A stretch of 64,000 nucleotides of DNA from Ginglymostoma cirratum (taxonomy: Eukaryota): positions 4,561,684 through 4,625,683 of the forward strand of contig JAHRHZ010000031.1 of assembly GCA_024137785.1 (NCBI GenBank), in the 5' to 3' direction. How positions within the stretch are numbered: position 1 is the first letter of the stretch; each line of letters opens with the position of its first letter. Positions 1 to 13,279 of the stretch are shown here, one piece after another. The notes under the pieces are model-generated. The model was not told where the DNA came from. It did no database searches and was given only the letters and a program-made list of their open reading frames with translations. A program made the position numbers and the translations under genes.

Positions 1-584
1 GAGAGGCCAAAGTGCTTGCTGAAAGTCATGAATTGCCCTTTACACTATAATCGTCCCCAAAGGAATGACCAAGAAAGTTAGGTTTGCTCCTCTGTCTGCT
101 GACAGTTGCTTACAGATACTGTAGATGGGGTAGAGAAAGTAGACCAAGGTTATAACCTGCTGACTGGCAAAGTAGGCCAAACCACCAGACTCAGCCAACC
201 TGAACTGAGATTGTGGCCAAGGTCAGAGCAGCGCCCAGAGTAAACCACAATGTCCAGCAGTGTAGGGAGAAGGTTAATAAATAGCAACAGCTCCTGTCTG
301 CTGCTTCATAGTCACGGCACCGCTTACTCTAAATCTGACATTGCATGCACGTCACATCAAAATATATGGTCTACAATTCTCACTGTTGCATGCATCATGT
401 CCACTCAATTGCTTTCAACTGCCTTATCATTCCAAGCTACTATGCCATCCTGCTCTCTGTCCTTCCTAATCACTCAAGGGGGATGCCTCACGATCTCTCC
501 TACACATGCATCACCACTAACAGTTCTTCTATTCACTTCCAAAATGAATTCCCCTTTGTCTCATTGCAGGAAAAAAAATCTTAA

Positions 585-3230
585 ATCAGCATCAGTTTCT
601 AGAATGAAAGGGAGATGGAAATTTGGGTAACCAAGGACACGTGTGGGAAAAATAAGCCTCTGTTTCAGAGTGCAAAGGGATTCTTCACATGCTGGTGTCT
701 TTCAAATTGCTCCTTGAATGCTGAGCCAAAGATAACTATATTGTCCAAATACATAAGTAAGGTCTGAAAAACTTGAAGAAAAACAAAGTTGCTGGAGAAG
801 CCCAGCAGGTCTGGCAGCATCTTTGAAGGAGAAAACAGAGTTAACGTTTCATGTCCAGTGACCCTTCCTCAGAATGGAAAGCTTTATTCATCCCAGGCAT
901 GAAGGTGACAGGAGCATTATGGAATCCAATTGGGCATAGTCGTCTAAAATCCCCTGGTGCTTGATTGGAGTGTTGTCTTTTCAATGTCTTGTTCAGCGTT
1001 GAGTATCTGATTATAACCATGGGCCTAACTGAAGCTGCATAAATACTTTGCACCTTTGAGAACTTGTAATGCTGCCTCAATCCTAGGCACAAGGGAAGTG
1101 ACTTGTGTGTCTTTGTATAATGTGTCTGGTAATCAACACACATCTGCAGTTTTCTTTCTTCCCTTTGAAGACAATAGGGAGGCATATGGACATGATGACT
1201 CTTGGATGACCCCTCACTCCAAAGACCTCTGCAGATAGTCTAGAATTAAAATGGGACTTACCAGTTGAAAATAGTCAAAGTCACCATAATCTTTACTGAA
1301 AGTCATTCCATACTTGGTGAGCGAAGCAAAAAGCTGCCTCCTCTGGGTCTCCTTCAACTTTCCAATGTCCATCTTTGTAGTCATGTTAGAAATGTAGACT
1401 CATGTTAATCTACTAACAATGATAGTACAGGTTTAAGGGCACCTATGGGCTTTCTTGGTTGGAGGTAAATATCTGTCTCTGAAACTGCTGATCTGCATTG
1501 GAACCATGTCCTTTTCTCCCACACTGATGCCAATGAACCCAGTGTTAAATCAAATGGGAGCTCTACTACGTGTGGACACATGACATCCGAGCAAAACCTG
1601 AAACTGACAAGTTGAAGATAACTGGTGTGAGTCTTTAAGAGCAGTGATAGTGCGAGCATGTAAAAATCACATTGATTCCCCACTGCTCAGACAGTTCTCG
1701 AGTCATATACAGGTTGATACACCTTGAATGTGAGAAGCAAGGTCAAAGACTATTGAGCCCTATCTGCTGACCCCATAATGTGCTGCTTAGAGCAGTCAAA
1801 TACTTTCCAAGGATGACTGGATCTCTCTTAACACAAATTTACTCCAACACCATGGATATTCCTTTACTTCCACTGGAATTTCAATTGGCTGTGAATAAAA
1901 ATGTACTTGAGGACAGGTAGGCGAAGTCATAACAGGACATGCCCGACCCCTGTGAGAAGAGAGAAGAGACATCAATAAGCTCATATCCTACAGCAAGATG
2001 CTTGCAGAAAGAGTAGCAAGCAACGGTTGACACCTCCACTCTTATGCTAATTAGGTATGACATCTCATTCTACATGTGACTGAGCCACTTTCTGAAGGAA
2101 CCTCACCACTAGGCCTCACTCTGTCACTCAGAGGCCCAATTAGTTTAATGTCTGTTGAGAAGGGAAGGATGCTGCATTGAGTGTAGTTTCTACGTCTGGC
2201 AGCAGTGGTGGCCAAGGCTGTTGAATGCAGTCTTTATTGAAGTGTTAAGATCTGTCACACTTCCAACACCTCTTTGGAGCAGAATGTGGGTGGGATGAGT
2301 TGTGAGGCTAACTGTGGAGATAGGTCAGGAAGGACTGGATCTCTGCTTGCCTTGTAGCAATCAGCTCCACCTAACACTTCAGCCCAATGTTGCTGGAGCC
2401 GTTGCTGTTGCCATCCCAATCAGCACCTCCTTGATGGTAGCTTCTTTCATATCTTAGGAGTCCAATCTTTCCTCATAATCTGGATGATATGATCCCATGC
2501 ACCAAAGAAAGTCAACTAAAGTTTGTCATTATTATGCCTCCTCATCTCTATCTTGACCACATCCTTGAGATCGTCCTTCAGCTGAATGTTGCCAGTTGAT
2601 TTGAAGGAAGGGTCCAAGAGGATGATGTGGTCAAACATCTTCATAACCTCTAGGGATACAGAAACCAGGTCCTCCTGTTTGGCTTGCTTTTACTTTTAGC
2701 TGTATCAGATTATTGCAGTCTTCAAAAGCTCTTGTCAGTACCTCAAAGATTCACTTTAAACTTCTTTGAATATCTATACCTCATCCCAGTATTCCCTGAT
2801 TGACTTTCCTATGTAGATCTTCCACCATGAATGCTGGCTGTTCACTAGTGTTGAGGCCCACGGCCACCATAACTAGCTGTGTGCCTTCAATTCAAGTTGG
2901 GTGTTTTGGTCCTCCCTGATTCAGTAAACTTCTAATTGATCAACAGGTAGCATGTCCGACCAGGAGCACCATTTCCTTCCTCTGAAGCACCAAGAGTATG
3001 CACATGGACAGCCTTTGTCTGAGTTTGGTCTAAATGCCTGATTTCTCCATCAATACCTGACCCTCCAATGATGCTGGTGCAGCTTCAGCCTTCATCATGG
3101 ACTTGCCAATTTCAACGCCTGCCCCATCCACTCGATCTTGGAAGGTGCCTTTCAACCTTCCCATAATGACTTGATGCCTGTGCTGAGGAATCCTGCCAAC
3201 TACACCAGAAATATTACATGAGAGTGAGCA
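585..3230 (-). mobile_element. Decayed Ty3/Gypsy LTR retrotransposon internal region (gag zinc knuckle, RT, RNase H start)
   Basis: Minus-strand motifs occur in the expected order. CWKCDRS*HFNKDC is a CX2CX4HX4C knuckle (2227-2268). Then GVIQESSCPYAS (~1180-1220), MCVDY and IGFHNAPVTF..MNKAF (ORF 841-1185), FQTLLMYLDN (YLDD box, ~745-772) and VLGYPNFHLPFILETDA (RNase H start, ~588-640). Many stops and frameshifts; no LTR identified. Confidence 0.85.
775..874 (-). mobile_element. Short Penelope-terminal-repeat-derived element inserted into the Gypsy RT
   Basis: Splits RT between MNKAF and FQTLLMYLDN. Minus strand reads TTCTGAGGAAGGGTCACTGGACATGAAACGTTAAC...GATGCTGCCAGACCTGCTG, as in the copies at 34395 and 35010. 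Confidence 0.75.
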
Positions 3231-4574
3231 TATGGTAGCCTAAAAATCATGAATCATGGATTCTTTAGTCCACTGGCATCATGTCATTAAAAGCATGAAA
3301 ATAAATTAAGGTTAAGAAAGGAAGATATGGCATTTACGTTGAATTAAGTCTGTGGTTTACATCCAATTGAGGAAATCTTTTGTGAGTCTGATCCTTCACC
3401 CTGTAAGGACTTGATATCCCCAAAAGTACACTTTCCTGCAGAGAGGACACATTCTACTAGTTGAGCTACTCTGCTCCTTCCTCACCATCACTTCCACAAC
3501 CACACCGCGCCCCCCACAGCCCCGCCTTCCCCCCACCCAGCTTAAGGTCCTGCCATAACGCGCAAGCTGCCCTGTTCTGTGCAAACCCTTAACATTGCCA
3601 CCTGCTGCTGGATGCTGCATTATACCATGACTGACTGCAATCTCCCCGAATCCCAACAAAGTCTATTCGCTTTTGACTTTCAAACATGTCAATTTCGTTG
3701 AAGCACATGCAGTGTTCTTGCCATGTCAGCTGCACACTATAGGTATGATATCAATGCAGTATGGTGCCGTACAATGACATGCCCAAAGCTCTTCACCCGT
3801 GACAAACTACCAGCCTCTCCCTCTGCATTAAAAGAACAATTAAAGCGACAGAGGCTGGCAGTCTCCAAAAATCCACAGTGATGAACATTAAGAAATGAAG
3901 CTAAGAGCCATAAGATGCATTCTATCGCAGAGCACAAGATATGTGATGTGTCTTCCTATGTGGAAAGTGACCTGGCTGAGGCATGCAAGTCGTAGATATA
4001 CCTGAGTTCAAAAGTAAAGTCCTGAGGATGGAAGTAGTGTGCCAGTCAGCCACAAGCAGGTATGAGGACGTGATGAGGCTGGTGGCTTGTCCATACCGAC
4101 TTGTTTGGATGAAATATGAAGGAGGCTGGAGGATGATGCATACAAGGATGTTGTGGTGATAACAGAGTTGAATTAAGACCCAGAGAAGCAAACAACAACT
4201 GCTGTTCCCAGGTAACCGCTCTGACTGTTACGTGTAGTATTGGTGCCATCTAATCTCTTGGGGAAGGAGAGAAGAATTGGAAGATGTAGAGAAATGAGGT
4301 GAGTTAATGAGATGCAACTGCATGGAGCAAAGTATTCCCTGCTCCTTAGCAAGATTCTGAACTCGCCACTTAAAGCTTAATTGGAAGATTGGAAAACTGG
4401 TTCTCAATGTACAACTTCTGATGTTTTTCATTTTCCCAGGTCCTCGACACACAAAGGAGTGAAATATTCCACCCTGTGTTTTCTGATCTTACATCAAGAG
4501 TGAAGTCTAGACCAAGGTAACCAGAGTTTTTCAGTTCCATGGATGATCAGGTCCAGGTTACTCATGATAGTACT

Positions 4575-4726
4575 GTTCTTTTATTGATATTGACCTGAAG
4601 AGTAGCATCCTGGCAGGGCTGCATTCTTTCAGAATAGCTCTGATGTGTTGTCCTACATAATATTCTCAACTCACTGGAGTGGGACTTCAACATGTAATAT
4701 TTTAACTCAGGCAAGAGTGGCACCAC
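4575..4726 (-). mobile_element. 5' fragment of Deu-domain (SacSINE1-like) SINE
   Basis: Reverse complement resembles the head of the copy at 20308 (CTGAGT...AAGTCCCACTCCAG..TTGAG). Confidence 0.45.
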
Positions 4727-4991
4727 AGGTCAATGCAAGTTCAATTACTGTTTTTAGAGACCAATGTGTTTGACGATGTAAATCACTCTCTGTTACATTC
4801 TATGCTCAATTTCAATTTGAGAAACAGAAATGCATTAATACCCTTGAATTTAGAAATCACAATTTGTGCAAGCATCAATTTGTCTGTTGCAAGGAAACAA
4901 TGTTAAGTTGTTTCTTCACACTTTACAATCAAAATATCTTTCTTGGCATCCTTTAGGAATAAAGGAGTTGGAGTAGGCTATTCCACCCTAC

Positions 4992-5472
4992 AGTCATATT
5001 CATACAGTGTGGAAGAAGACCTTCTGTTCCAACTAGTCCACATTGACCATTTTCCCAAATTAAACTAGTCCCACCTGCCTGCACTTAGTCCCTATCTGTC
5101 CAAACCTTTCCCATTCATTAACTTAGCAAAATGTCTTGTAAATGTTGTAACTGTAACTGCATCCACCACTTCCTCTGCCATTTACAAACCACTCTCCGTG
5201 CAAAAAACTTGCCTCTCATGTCCTTCTTAAATCTTTCTCCTCTCACCTTAAAAAATGTCCCCTAGTTTTGAACTCCCCCCATCCTTCGGAAAGATTCCAT
5301 TCACTTTATCTATGCACCTCATGATTTTATAAACCTGAAGAAGGTCACCCCTCAACATCCTATGTTCCAGTGAAAAATATCCCAGCCTTTTCAGTCAATT
5401 TTTATATCTCAAACCCTCCGTTCCCGGAAACATCCTGGCAAATCTTTCCAGTTTGACAATATCCTTTCTACA
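4992..5472 (-). mobile_element. CR1 LINE 3' fragment (nested)
   Basis: Homologous to the CR1 3' ends at 31545-32215 and 52063-52595. Confidence 0.8.
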
Positions 5473-6379
5473 TGTGGCCCTCAAGCTTGCTGGATCATTC
5501 TACATTGTGCTGATCACGTATCTCAATGCCATATTCCATTTCCCTTTGATACCCTTAGTAACTAGAAATCTGTATCAATTACAGTCTTGAAATTAACTAA
5601 TGACTGAGATTCCATAGCCCTCGGGTAGAGAATTTTAAAGATTCAACAATCTCAGAGTGAGAGAAATTCCTTCTTATCTCAGTCCAAAGCAGCTTGCGTT
5701 TTATTGCCTCCTGATTCTAGACCCACAACCAAAAGAAACAGCCTTTCTTTATCTACTCAATTTATCCTTTTCATAATTTTTGAATGTTTAATGGGATTGC
5801 CTCGCATTCTACTAAACTACAAAGAATACAAACCCAGTTTCCTCAATCTCTCATTGAAGGACTGTCTCACCATCTCAGGAGCCAGTCTAGTGAGCCACTG
5901 CTGGACTCGTGACAAACTGAGTATATCTTTCCGTAGGAAAGGAAGCCACATGTGCACATTTTACTCCAGCTGCAATCTCACCAGACTTCTTTGTCCCTGT
6001 GCTCAAATCGTCTTGTAATAAAAGCTAACATACCATTTGCCTTCCGATTTGCTTGCTACACTGGCACCCTTGCATGAAAGCATCCAACCTTTCAGTCATT
6101 TGTGGACAAGCTCACCTAGGTTCCCTTCGAACATCGACTTTTTCCCATCTCTCACAATTTAAGACATACTCCTCACCTTCATTTCTTCTGCCAATGTTAC
6201 ACTATAGACATTTTGCTCCTCTGCCATACTCTTGCCCATTCAGAAGTCTGTCTAAATTCCTTTGAAATTTCCTCATAACTTACATTCCCACCGTACTTTG
6301 TATCATTTACAAACTTGGAAATATGACAATTGACCCCCACATCAAAATCTTTGATACAGATTATGAACAGGTGGCCATA

Positions 6380-6667
6380 GATATAGAGTGAGAGGAGATA
6401 GGTTCAAAACTGAGATAAGGAGAAACTCCTTCTCTCACAGGGTTGTGAATCTGTACAACTGACTGCCCCAGAATTCAGTAGAGGCAGAATCAATCAACAG
6501 ATTCAAGAAAGAAAAAGATATGTTTCTGGTCAAAAGTAGGAGAAAGGGTGTGGAGAGCAGGCAGGAAAGTGGAGTTGAGACCAGGATAAGATCAGCCATG
6601 ATCATGTTAAAAGTTAAATGGACTCAAAGGGCTGAATTGCCTATTCCCACTTTTAATTCCTATGTTC
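6380..6667 (+). mobile_element. CR1 LINE 3' end (nested)
   Basis: Encodes the CR1 C-terminal motif (RRNSFSHRVVNLYN.LP) and ends in TTCCTATGTTC. Confidence 0.75.
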
Positions 6668-7920
6668 AATCATTAATCTTTGCGATACCACACTGGCCTC
6701 AGCTTGCCAACCAAAGAATGACCCATTTTTTCCTCCTATCTTTTGCCTGTTAGTCAATCCTCTGTCCCTGCGTGTATATCACCTCAAATCCCATGTACTT
6801 TATAGTTATTTACAAACCTCATGTGTGCTTTACCAAATGCAGTCTGTAATGTACTTTATCAATTGGCTCAGTCATACTTGTTTCATTCACAAAGTTATAA
6901 TAAAACTCTTAAAATGTAATCACAGCAAAACACATCAAGTCTCACTCTTCACTAAGTTTGATGTCATCGTCAGTAGGGTTCCAGAGTTTAGAACTTAACG
7001 TACCGTGTTAAAAGCAATTGCTTAATTATTTAACCATTTGTTTCAAGCCTAAACATCACAATCAGGCAAGTGTAATGGCAATGGAGGTTGTTCTTGTGTT
7101 TAATGCAGATGATAAATTAATGATTGAGGAACTATTGACCATTGTTTGCCCCAACCAGTTTTCCTTTCTTTAAGTGGTCGATGATCAATCAACCGCATCA
7201 CTTTGGCTTTTGAGTTCTACATAAATATCACCATCATACCATAACAATTAATTTTACATATTGAAACTGCGTCAAAATATATGTAACCGTTCTGTACAGT
7301 GTATGGCACGTTACAAACTGATGTGAGAAGTTATTTTGATGTGCCACTCTAAAAGGATTTGCTGTCATTGCTCCTGAATAATAAATACATGCAAATAATG
7401 ATTGTCAATGATCAAATTAAGTGACATTTATGAAACACTTTTTTTTCTATTATTGTGACTGTCGGGAAATTCAATATCAACGCAGTTAAATATAGCAACG
7501 AATAGTACCATGAGTATGTAGAAAACAGAGAAGCATTGTTTTGATAATTTGGCGTATTTATAACATCGATTCAATACAATTGCAAATAATTTTCAGGAGA
7601 AAACTAATGATGGTCTACTGATAAAATTGTTAGCGTCGCATTTATTATAATGGTCCTTAACATTTGAAGGAGATTGGGTACATTATTATGAATTAATGTG
7701 ATAACAAACTTAATTTATTTAAATTATGCAATCAAATTAATGTTAACTTGTCGAGTTTATTATATAACAGATGCAAATGGCCTACCCCAGATGAAATAGT
7801 TTACTTACGAAATATTTTGGTGAAAAGACCGAATTCTTCAAAACATACTACGATCATAAGCACTTACTTTCTTGGAACTTGGTATGTCCAATTACTTTAG
7901 TTTGAAGTAGTAGCCTCTAT

Positions 7921-8086
7921 GGGCAATTTTACCCCTGCACTTGTCTTAAATCAGCCCCAAAATGGGCCTACATTAGAGAAAAAATTCCCATTGGGGATGT
8001 AGATAAAGGACTTGCCTAGTCCTCTCTAATGTGATGCAGTGAAATTGATTTGGGGCCAATTTAGATAACAACTCATGAATTACCAC
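7921..8086. repeat. Small palindromic MITE-like element
   Basis: Nested inverted matches: TAAATCAGCCCCAAA (7947-7961) with TTTGGGGCCAATTTA (8049-8063), and ACATTAGAGA (7970-7979) with TCTCTAATGT (8023-8032). Confidence 0.5.
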
Positions 8087-10669
8087 GAAATTCCAAAACA
8101 GTTAACCTTTTTTTTAAACTAATTTGCATTCAATTTACATGTTTTTCTCAGGCTACTTTAGGTCAAGCAATATTTCTAGCTTGTTCAAAGTGCCTCAAGT
8201 AATCTAAATATTTCATATATGCATTCTTGGTTTTTCATATTCAGTCTTCGAATGAGAGGCTGTACTTTTGCCCAAGAATATACGAGGAAATTCATAGCTT
8301 TGAATGTTTCTCTAATTTTTTATTTCACTTGACACTTGTCTAACAATGCAACATTTCTATAATAATTGATACTTGTCTACTGATGCAATATTTCTATAAT
8401 ATTTTTCTCTCTTTAAAGTTCATGAAATTGGTAGAATATTACTGTTACTACTTACACTTAAAATGTGAAAGTTCTAAAATAAGCTCATTCTCATTAACAT
8501 TTGGATAATTCTATTTAAGAATACAAATAAAAACAGGTTTAAAATGTTATTGTGCATGACTCTGTGATCCTTACATGAGCAAAACACTAAGCAGTTCAGT
8601 ACAGAAACAAATAAACTACATACCTCAATTTAAACTATCTTTTCAACAAAAATGAAAGTCTAGAATTTAGCCTATTACCCTTCACTTTCCATAATAATGT
8701 TTCTTTTTATTTAAAACCATGTTTGCTGTTCTATAATTATACTTGCAATTAGTGAAAAAGGTTAATTGACCTATGTATATTAACCACAATTGAATATTCA
8801 TTACAAGTAAAATATGCATTGTGCAAAAAGATCTGGCTAAAAATGTTCAGACCAGTTTTACAATGTAAATGAGGAGGCAGCGTGATGTGCCCGAAACTAA
8901 TAATCTTGTTGCAATTCTTACACAAAGGCTTTATTGCGGAATGTACACTTTGTTTTCCAGCTTAATGCAACCTAAATTAATATTATACATATCAAAATCA
9001 CTATGTTCCAGTTAATCCACATCTCAAAGAAAAGTAGGAATGAGAACATTGCAGAAATATACAAAAAAGTCAGCAAATGGAAAATGTTGGCTTGTTATTA
9101 GTGCTGATTCAATCACATAACAATTTTATTGTGATTATGCTCCTGCAATTCTACCATTTAAGTTCTGTTTAAGATGAGATAGAACACTTAAGTTAGTGTC
9201 ATTCAGCTCCTTGTGGCAATCACATGTGAACTTGTCAGTTAAATTAGAAAAATATATATACTGGAGGATAGCCAGGCTTGTTTCTAAATCTCCGATCAGG
9301 TGTTTCTGCGGGATGTAATGAAAGCTTTAATATTTGTTTGAGTTTAATTAATATCCCACCTTCATTTAGGTACCGATAACGGCACCAGGTAACGATACAA
9401 AGAGGCAACTGGCTGTTGGTGAAAGTCATAGCAGATTGAGTGACCAGTGGTTCCTACCAGGGCCCAGAAGAAGACTTTTGCTCCAAATAGCCCTACAAAG
9501 GTTTGTTTTTTGAAATGCCACCAAGGACCTTGTTTTAGAATTACATCAATAGCACAAACATTGCTAGCAACTGTCTCAACACTGCTGGGACTCTATCAGG
9601 CTATAGTACGATCTAAGGTTCAGAACAAATCCTAAAATAAAAAAAATTCCATTTTATATTGCCCAAATAAATGCTTGGTAGTATGCAAATTAAACCTTGT
9701 TAAAAAAGAGATATTGAGTTGAAACCTTTGATGTTGTCCATCAGGATGGAAATACAAGAAATGCAACTTTAGAACGAACGATTATTACAGCATGAATAAA
9801 GGGTGCTGATTGATTGGACAGTGGTTGGCATGGCAATGCAGCACCCCAGCAAACTTAAAAACCTTGACAAATCCAACAAATGCCTATGTTATCCCATACA
9901 ATACAATTTGAAGAATGTCACAACACAGATAGTGGATTCAGAATAGTATGATGATATAATTCTGACTTGCTTGGAACACATCCTATGTTCTTCATTCTAA
10001 GCAAAAAAAACAAATAATGTGTCTTCATTCACAACATTCATGTAAGGCTTAAGCATATTTTCAATGTAAGGTGGTCTGTATTACAGACAGAAAATGATTG
10101 TGTTTGGTTTTCCTGTTTGAGAACTAGTACAAATATTTCTCCAAATGTCTTCCATAAAGACGCAATAGGAATAGAACAATAACAATGTCTTTCTGACATC
10201 CTGGATGTTTTATTTATTCTATATACTTTAACAATGGGAGATGAATCTAGAAGTAGAGAGACAACAGCCTAACCATACATGCTTATGCTGAACTATAGTT
10301 TCTAATTGACTCTGAATTTACTGCAGCAGCAACGTAAGATTTGGCCGCATCAAGAATAAAATTTTGCAATTCGCTTTAAGACATCCAAAAGAAAGAGAGG
10401 AACTGAAAATAATGTCTGGATGTTAATTTGGAGGTGATTAGGATGGGGTTTGGGAGTCAGGAGTGGAATAAATGGAAAGGTAGATAGTTGGAGATAAACT
10501 AACATCATGTGAAAATCTCCAGACTTATCTCAGTGTTTCTGTCAGTGCTATGTTAACACAACCGGTACATTCTCATCTTTGGTGACAGTTACACAGCAGT
10601 AGACCTGGTGAGGAACTTCATGATGCAGTCGCAACTCTGATATTTAAAGGGCTAAATCAAAAATGGTTA

Positions 10670-10861
10670 ATGGAAGAGTTGAAAACAAAAGAGTCGGTGA
10701 GACACTCAAAGATAGTGCCCCACCTCAGTGACACCTCAAGATGTTATGCTAGGGCTGTGAGCTGCAGGAGAGAAGTAAATGCTGCTGCCTCAGGGATGGC
10801 GTGGCTGGAGGTAACCCAGGAGATAAGCAGCAGAAGTGTTGTGCCACATTCAATGTATTGA
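10670..10861 (+). pseudogene. Harbinger Myb/SANT-like DNA-binding protein remnant
   Basis: VPHLSDTS...AVSCRREV...AWLEVTQEISSRSVVP matches the PRFSD..L..L...V..R..VL / AW.EVA..VS pattern of Harbinger Myb proteins. Confidence 0.7.
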
Positions 10862-11212
10862 ATATTATTTTTTTTTGGCTATGTCTGAGTTTTGTCAAGT
10901 TTTATGAAAGGTTATTTGCCATAAGGCCTACGAATTCTCTCTCCATATCTTACCAAACTTGCTTCATTAATTACCTTGGGTCCCAATGGCATCTCTCACA
11001 TTAGAGATCTACCCATCTTACCATGTGCCATTGCCAGAACAAATCACCACTTAACCACTGAAAGACTGGAATTCCTTTCAACAATGCCGTCTTTGAGAGG
11101 CTGCTGTTCACCCACACCAGTGTTGGTAATCTGGCAACACTGATAACACAATGGCACAGTAGCCATAAAGCCATAATGCCCATGGCACAAAGCTGACATG
11201 GCTGACACTACC

Positions 11213-11311
11213 AGTGTCAACACAGTGTGGAGCTGGAGGAACACAGCAGGTCAGGCAGCATCAGAGGAGCAGGAAAGTCAACATTTTGGGTTGGGACCCT
11301 TCGTCAGAAAC
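11213..11311 (-). mobile_element. Short Penelope-terminal-repeat-derived element with 9-bp TSD
   Basis: Homologous to 53974-54070 and flanked by GACACTACC at 11204-11212 and 11312-11320. Confidence 0.8.
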
Positions 11312-11379
11312 GACACTACCTTGCTCATACAACCCCGTTCTTCCACCTTCTTCGCTGCTTAACCACCACAGAACACATG

Positions 11380-12760
11380 ACATAGATGATGTGGCACACT
11401 CAGCCTGGAGTACACTGGAGGGTCCCACAAAACCAGTGTCTACTCCACCATGACCCTGGTCAAAAGATTGGTAGCATTTTAACTGTGTCAGTCAGGGAGT
11501 TCTACAACAGTGACATGAGGCATTGTCACAGTGGATAGCACTTACCCCCACACTAATCAGCTGTGCTAGGCCTTGGATTCTCAAACATATCAGGAACATG
11601 AATGTTCTTTAGGATGTAGGAATCATGGCAGCTGCCTGGGTAGCAGGCACACACCTCCAGGAAGTGACAATGCTGTTCACAGATCAGCTGAATATAAATG
11701 GAATGAACACCTTCCTGCTGGTGAATTCCACAATGTTGTGATATGACCCTCTCAGTGTTTCATGTGGTCAGTTGATAGCATCTTGCCCCATGGGGAATTC
11801 AGCTGTGTTCCCAAATCTGACTGCCCACACTGCAGCACTGGCCTTGTCTTGGGGGAATGAAATGAGCCATTGTGACTTTACACATCAGGGCCCAGTCATA
11901 ATATGTTTATGGATGTAAGAACAAGAGATCCCACTCTCTGTGGAAGTAGTCAGTAACATACACGTTTAGCATTGCAGTGATCGCTGGCCAAGGATGGCCT
12001 CACAATCCTGTAGCCCTCGGCTTTTGTAGAGGCCATAAGATACAGGAGCAGAATTAGACCATTTGGACCATTGAGTCTACTCTGCCAATGATCATGGCCA
12101 ATATGTTTGTCAACCCCATTCTCCTGCCTTCTCCTAGTATCTCTTAATCTCTTACCTATCTCTGCCTTAAATACACTCAATGTCTTGGCTTCCACTGCCC
12201 AATGTGGCAATGAGTTCCACAGATAAGCCACTCTCTTGCTGAAGAAATTCCCCTTCAACTCAGTTTTAGAGGGTCATCCCCTCCTTCTGAGTCTGCGCCC
12301 TTGGGTTCTAGTCTCTCCTACCAGTGGAAACATCACCATGCCCATTTTATCCAGGCTTCTCAGTATTCTCTAAGTTTCAATTAGATTCCCCTTCTTACCC
12401 TCCTAAACTCTAGCAAGTACAGATCCAGAGTTTTCGGTCCCTTCTTATATGACAAGTCCTTCATACCCAGGATTATTCTTGGAACTTCATCTGGACACCC
12501 TCCAATGCCAGCACATCCTTCTTTAGATGTGGGACGCAAAACTACTCATAATGCAGTCTGACCAGAACCTTATGCAGCCTCAGCAGTACATCTGTGCTCT
12601 TGCATTCTAGTCCTGCTCCAGTATTTGACACGGTTCTGTTGCCATGTCCCAGGAAGTACAGAGGCTGTGATAGTGTTGTACTCACTCATGCCCAGGAAAT
12701 GGTGTGTTGAGGTGAGAAATTTCTGGGCCTCTTGTACAGCACACACATCCCAAAAGGCCT
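11380..12760 (-). pseudogene. Harbinger (HARBI1-like) DDE transposase remnant, interrupted by CR1
   Basis: Minus-strand motifs FLGMSE (~12680-12700), FPMGQDAIN*PH, SRK..HSIYIQLICE, VCACYPGSCHDSYIL (YPGSCHDS at 11619-11642) and GGKCYPL*QCLM; stops and frameshifts present. Confidence 0.85.
12030..12612 (-). mobile_element. CR1 LINE 3' fragment nested in the Harbinger transposase
   Basis: ORF 11950-12258 contains NFFSKRVAYLWNSLP..AVEA.TL..FK. Confidence 0.85.
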
Positions 12761-13279
12761 TGCAGCTGTGACTTGTCCTTGCACTAGGTGGTCCTCATCC
12801 TCTGGGTTGGCCTGTGGCTACTCCAGATCTGGACATCAGCACTGGTCTTCCTGCATCCTACCTTCTTAGGTAGGCTGCCACTGCAAACAACATCTCACCA
12901 GCAGCAGGGCCTATCACTCTTGGTGGAAAGGAGCAAAAGAGTTACTTAGATTTTGGTATAATCATCTGTGGCGTACCCTGCAGATGAAGGCTGTGCTCGC
13001 TTCTCCACACAGTGAGACATGTTGCACAGATAACAAAGGGCATGTCTGCAACATCCATCCGTATTCAGGCTCAGCCTGTGCAGCAACTTGGTGAAGGCAC
13101 CATGCTGGCTGGGTGACTAATCAATGTCATTGGGAAGGGAGTGTCAGCTACACAACTCCACCCTTCCAATTCTGGACCCACATCAATTCCTGAACTTCAC
13201 ATTGCATACAGTGCATACCGTTATAACACATGATAAATGAAATTGTATAGCTCACAAAGGATCCTTGTAAGTTGACGAA

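Larger units (their letters stand above)
4953..6850 (-). mobile_element. Old CR1-clade LINE 3' portion, split by two younger CR1 insertions
   Basis: CR1 3' UTR and RT C-terminal similarity at 4953-4990, 5475-6378 and 6670-6850, collinear across the inserts. Confidence 0.7.
10560..13180. mobile_element. Decayed PIF/Harbinger DNA transposon (convergent Myb/SANT gene and DDE transposase)
   Basis: Both Harbinger genes are recognisable (next two features). Possible right terminus AATTCTGGACCC at ~13170-13180; left end uncertain. Confidence 0.75.

Noticed and set aside
250-630. 126-aa plus-strand ORF
   Set aside because: No motif; partly antisense to the Gypsy RNase H remnant.
3396-4452. Several minus-strand ORFs with faint Harbinger-like words
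   Set aside because: No catalytic motif could be read convincingly.
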